Part shown: piece by piece, positions 60,943 to 64,000 of the stretch
How positions within the stretch are numbered: position 1 is the first letter of the stretch
Layout: the number at the start of each line of letters is the position of its first letter
Assembly (NCBI GenBank): GCA_015064345.1
Contig: SVSK01000002.1
Span: 82-64,081 of the forward strand
Source: Oscillospiraceae bacterium
Lineage (GTDB): Bacteria; Bacillota; Clostridia; Oscillospirales; CAG-272
DNA: 64,000 nucleotides
Direction: 5' to 3'
Program-made: the position numbers and the translations under genes
The notes under the pieces: generated by a model
Databases searched by the model: none
What the model was told of the DNA's origin: nothing
The model's input: the letters and a program-made list of their open reading frames with translations, nothing else

Positions 60943-61524
60943 TTAGATTAGTATTGTTGATATTGCTCCGAGAAGAAATATTCCCCCGGAAATCAGCAAA
61001 AACAGTTTTACGTACTCCATGGCAAGTGAGGCGGTGTATCTTCTTTCGTCCGCCGCAAAGGTGTAGCAGATCACATCCGAATATACGCGGGATACAGCGG
61101 CAAGTGCAACAATCAGCACCGATGCAATGAAAAACACCGCAAGAGACCAAGTCCAGTGATCCGATATTCCACGAACCGTGCCTTTCATAATGAGGCAAGC
61201 GTCAACACCGAAAGCCACGCCCTTCCAAATACACAGCAATGCTGTAATCCATCTGTTCATCACGGTAAACACCGAAAAGAACAGCACAAAAAGCGCTACT
61301 GCATTCGGAAGCTGACAGGCAAGAATACTGCGTATTACACCACCTGCGCTTCCCTTTTCTACGGGAGACGTCAAGGCATACACGGTACCACGAGAAAAAA
61401 TATGTACCGATAAGTATGCGAGAATACCCGCCAGCACAAACAGTACAAAGCAGGCAATAAAGCCCGCAGCAACTCGCCTTGAATAATCACTTTTCACATG
61501 AGCAAGATATGTTTCGGTGTCCAT
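60943..61524 (-). CDS. Hypothetical polytopic membrane protein (weak resemblance to SpoIIM)
   Basis: 193 aa, about 5 TM. ..LCIWKGVAFGVDACLIM.. is loosely like the SpoIIM core. Low certainty. Confidence 0.3.
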   Translation of the reverse strand: MDTETYLAHVKSDYSRRVAAGFIACFVLFVLAGILAYLSVHIFSRGTVYALTSPVEKGSAGGVIRSILACQLPNAVALFVLFFSVFTVMNRWITALLCIWKGVAFGVDACLIMKGTVRGISDHWTWSLAVFFIASVLIVALAAVSRVYSDVICYTFAADERRYTASLAMEYVKLFLLISGGIFLLGAISTILI

Positions 61525-61669
61525 CGTTTTCCCCCCTCAGCTTTATTCTCAGTCAATCTTATGTGAGAAAGCACGGTATCATCACCGAAAACAATTAATA
61601 GTTTACCACACATAATCGCTTAATACAACAACGTAAATGTAAATTAAATAGAAAAATGCCTCAAAATCA

Positions 61670-61698
61670 TTGAAAAAGGCAGGAAAATACCTTATAAT
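61670..61698 (+). promoter_or_regulatory. Promoter of the GNAT gene
   Basis: TTGAAA (61670-61675), 17-nt spacer, TATAAT (61693-61698). It coincides with the track ORF start, which is therefore rejected. Confidence 0.55.
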
Positions 61699-61738
61699 GG
61701 AAGTTAGTAATATATTAACCGAGAAAGACGGAGTGAAA

Positions 61739-62314
61739 ATGACCCGCGAAGAGATATCCAGAATATTCAGAAACCCTCCGATCATTGACACCGCGAGGCT
61801 GTATCTGCGAAAAATGAATAAAAGCGACAGCGCGGATATGTACGAGTATTCTTGCCGTGAGGATGTCACCAGATATCTCCTGTGGTCGCCACATCCAAAC
61901 GAAGCTTACACCGCAAAATATCTGTCTTACACCCAGTCAAGATACCGCGCAGGGGATTTTTACGATTGGGCGGTCGTGGTGCGTGAGACAGACAAAATGA
62001 TCGGCACCTGCGGATTCACCAGGCTGAATATTGAGTCAAATTCCGCGGAAATCGGGTACGTTCTCAATCCCGACTTCTGGGGATACGGCTTTGCCCCCGA
62101 GGCTGTCCGCGCCGTGATGCGTTTTGGTTTTAATGAGCTGAGACTCAACAGAATTGAAGCCAAATACATGGTTGGAAACGAGCGGAGCGTTCGCGTTATG
62201 GAGAAAGTCGGCATGACACGTGAAGGTATAAATCGCGAAGCCATCCATGTCAAGGGCAGATACGTTTCTGTCGGCGTGTGTTCTATTCTGCGAAGCGAAT
62301 ATTACGGCAGATAA
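61739..62314 (+). CDS. GNAT-family N-acetyltransferase (RimJ/RimL-like)
   Basis: ..IGTCGFTRL.., ..EIGYVLNPDFWGYGFAPEAVRAVMRFGF.., ..NERSVRVMEKVGM... ATG lies 5 nt after GGAG. Confidence 0.8.
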   Translation: MTREEISRIFRNPPIIDTARLYLRKMNKSDSADMYEYSCREDVTRYLLWSPHPNEAYTAKYLSYTQSRYRAGDFYDWAVVVRETDKMIGTCGFTRLNIESNSAEIGYVLNPDFWGYGFAPEAVRAVMRFGFNELRLNRIEAKYMVGNERSVRVMEKVGMTREGINREAIHVKGRYVSVGVCSILRSEYYGR

Positions 62315-62358
62315 AAGTGAATATACTTAATATTTTAATGTATTTTTCGTAATAACTC

Positions 62359-62387
62359 TTGACAAATATTTTTCGATATGTTATAAT
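62359..62387 (+). promoter_or_regulatory. Consensus promoter of rpsF-ssb-rpsR
   Basis: TTGACA (62359-62364), 17-nt spacer, TATAAT (62382-62387). Confidence 0.65.
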
Positions 62388-62394
62388 GTTCAAT

Positions 62395-62476
62395 TGAACG
62401 GGCAAAATTTATGTCCGTCTCTCTGCCGTCGAAAATCTTAAGCGACGGTCTGAAGTCCATAGGGAGGTATAAAATT
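62395..62476 (+). promoter_or_regulatory. Structured 5' leader of rpsF (candidate S6:S18-binding autoregulatory leader)
   Basis: Two hairpins: ACGGGC/GTCCGT (62397-62418) and CCGTCG/CGACGG (62426-62448), directly upstream of the GGGAGG RBS. Confidence 0.35.
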
Positions 62477-62776
62477 ATGGAAAAGATCATCAACTCTTAC
62501 GAAACCCTTTTTGTTATTGACCCTGATCTTACCGAAGAAGCTACTAAGGCTCTTGTTGAAAAGTTCACAAAGCTTATCGCTGACAACGGTGAAATCGCTG
62601 AAGTAAATGAGTGGGGCAAGAGAAAGCTCGCTTATCCTATCAACGATAAGAACGAGGGTTACTACGTACTGGTAAACTTCAAGAGCGAAGGTACTCTTCC
62701 CAGTGAGCTCGAAAGAATTTTCGGCATCACAGAAGGTATCATGCGTTCCATCGTGATCCGTCACGAAGACAAATAA
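62477..62776 (+). CDS. rpsF: 30S ribosomal protein S6
   Basis: MEKIINSYETLFVIDPDL..NEWGKRKLAYPI... ATG 62477 lies 8 nt after GGGAGG; track start 62411 lies in the leader. Confidence 0.95.
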   Translation: MEKIINSYETLFVIDPDLTEEATKALVEKFTKLIADNGEIAEVNEWGKRKLAYPINDKNEGYYVLVNFKSEGTLPSELERIFGITEGIMRSIVIRHEDK

Positions 62777-62818
62777 GAAGCACAACCCAAAATACTTTCT
62801 TTATAAGAGGAAAGACAT

Positions 62819-63325
62819 ATGGCTAACTTCAATTTCAACAAAGTTATTCTCGGCGGTCGTTTAACTGCTGATCCCGAACTGAAGACCACTCCTTCCGGCA
62901 TCTCTGTTACTTCCTTTACAGTTGCTGTAAACAGAAATTTCAGAGGCAAGAACGAGAATGAACCTCAGGCGGATTTCCTCAACGTAACCGCATGGAGACA
63001 AACGGCTGAGTTTATCACACGCTATTTCCGCAAGGCAAGCTCCATCTGCATTGTTGGCTCTCTCCAGACAAGATCTTGGGTTGACCAGCAGACAGGTCAG
63101 AAGCGCTTTGCTACAGAGATCGTGGCTGATGAGGCTTACTTCGTAGATGCGAAGAACGAAAGCCCCATGGCAGTTCAGCAGGCTGCTGCAATGTATGCAG
63201 GAGAAAGCGCTCCCTCTTATGTTCCCGAAGGCTACGGCAATTTCGGCGGACACGGCGGAGCTTATCAAAACCAGAGCGCACCCAAATTTGAAGAAATATC
63301 AGACGACGAAGAATTACCCTTCTGA
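62819..63325 (+). CDS. ssb: Single-stranded DNA-binding protein
   Basis: MANFNFNKVILGGRLTADPELK.. OB fold. Gly/Gln-rich tail ending DDEELPF. Confidence 0.95.
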   Translation: MANFNFNKVILGGRLTADPELKTTPSGISVTSFTVAVNRNFRGKNENEPQADFLNVTAWRQTAEFITRYFRKASSICIVGSLQTRSWVDQQTGQKRFATEIVADEAYFVDAKNESPMAVQQAAAMYAGESAPSYVPEGYGNFGGHGGAYQNQSAPKFEEISDDEELPF

Positions 63326-63368
63326 TCGGTAATTCAAAACAAAATTTAACAGGAGGCTTAAGTAAGCA

Positions 63369-63680
63369 ATGGATACAGAAAAGATTGAAGTTGTTGCGGA
63401 AGAAACTGCTCCCGCAGCTGAAAGAACAGAAAACGCTGCTCCCCAGCAGAGAATGCAGCGCCCCAACAGACAGAGAAGAAAGAAAGTTTGCACATTCTGC
63501 GCTGACAAGATCGAGCACATCGATTACAAGGACATCGCAAGACTCAGAAAGTGCACATCCGAAAGAGCAAAGATCCTTCCCAGAAGAATCTCCGGCACAT
63601 GCGCAAAGCACCAGAGACAGCTCACAGTAGCTATCAAGCGTGCCCGCCACGTTGCTCTTCTTCCCTACATCTCCGACTAA
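63369..63680 (+). CDS. rpsR: 30S ribosomal protein S18 (with ~28-aa acidic/Ala-rich N-terminal extension)
   Basis: ..[55 protein letters not shown]... The internal Met at 63453 has no RBS. Confidence 0.9.
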   Translation: MDTEKIEVVAEETAPAAERTENAAPQQRMQRPNRQRRKKVCTFCADKIEHIDYKDIARLRKCTSERAKILPRRISGTCAKHQRQLTVAIKRARHVALLPYISD

Positions 63681-63695
63681 TTTGATCGGCATATA

Positions 63696-63730
63696 CGGCA
63701 GGCGGTAATTTCGTCTGCCGTTTCTTTTTT
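63696..63730 (+). terminator. Terminator after rpsR
   Basis: CGGCAGGCG (63696-63704) pairs with CGTCTGCCG (63712-63720), followed by TTTCTTTTTT. Confidence 0.75.
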
Positions 63731-63910
63731 GACAAAACGCACGAATTTAAACCCATCTTTTTGCTAAATTTATCCAAAAGGTAAATTCGCAAAAATCTTC
63801 TGAAAAACACTTGTATATTTACAAAAAATAAGGTAAAATATAGAATTGAGTGGATAAAATTATTTTTGTTCCCAATGAAAAATTTATAATATATTTTGGA
63901 GGAAATCAAA

Positions 63911-64000
63911 ATGTCCGTAAAAGTTGCTATTAACGGTTTCGGTCGTATCGGCCGTCTCGCATTCCGCCAGATGTTCGGCGCTGAAGGTTATGAAGTTGTT
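63911..64000 (+). CDS. gap: Glyceraldehyde-3-phosphate dehydrogenase, N-terminal 30 codons (continues beyond window)
   Basis: [20 protein letters not shown].. Rossmann start. ATG lies 8 nt after GGAGG. Confidence 0.9.
   Translation, partial: MSVKVAINGFGRIGRLAFRQMFGAEGYEVV

Noticed and set aside
1-64000. Search for CRISPR arrays, IS elements or transposases, integrases, toxin-antitoxin pairs, restriction-modification or other recognisable defence systems, and RiPP/NRPS/PKS clusters
   Set aside because: None was recognised. The only regular repeats are the intragenic 15-bp and 75-bp coding repeats and the tRNA-derived 16-mers. No ORF shows DDE, tyrosine/serine recombinase, methyltransferase or nuclease-helicase defence signatures that I could detect by eye.

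Overview
This window looks like a chromosomal segment of an endospore-forming Clostridia-type Firmicute. Supporting markers are sigG, a SleL/YaaH-like LysM-GH18 cortex hydrolase, a CotJC-like Mn catalase, and the SRP RNA-dnaX-ybaB-recR and rpsF-ssb-rpsR syntenies. I call about 55 protein genes, one tRNA-Arg(ACG) and one long-form SRP RNA. I saw no rRNA, CRISPR array, IS element, integrase or prophage. Housekeeping blocks are a BMP-type ABC importer, xpt, eno, dnaX-ybaB-recR, sdaA, metF plus a split metH, rubrerythrin-TlpA-CcdA and gap. They alternate with accessory carbohydrate and envelope genes: two tandem raffinose-synthase/Sip1-type GH36 paralogues, a GH32, a clan GH-D alpha-galactosidase-like enzyme, two unassignable glycosidase-like proteins, MFS transporters, a secreted beta-helix protein, and two membrane-anchored surface paralogues, one carrying a 28 x 15-bp PETDA repeat. 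Four things stand out. (1) An 862-aa EF-G/TetM-like GTPase is fused in frame to a Rae1/YacP-type NYN ribonuclease domain. (2) A 995-aa 12-TM GPH/MFS transporter is fused to a complete GH2 glycosidase, with an A9 tract exactly at the junction. (3) An SPFH/Zn-ribbon, YdjG-like, TPM triad starts 12 nt downstream of that fusion. (4) tRNA-Arg T-arm-derived direct repeats bracket two paralogous XRE regulators. All functional calls come from motif recognition by eye; no database search, fold prediction or alignment program was run, and promoter and terminator coordinates were counted by hand.
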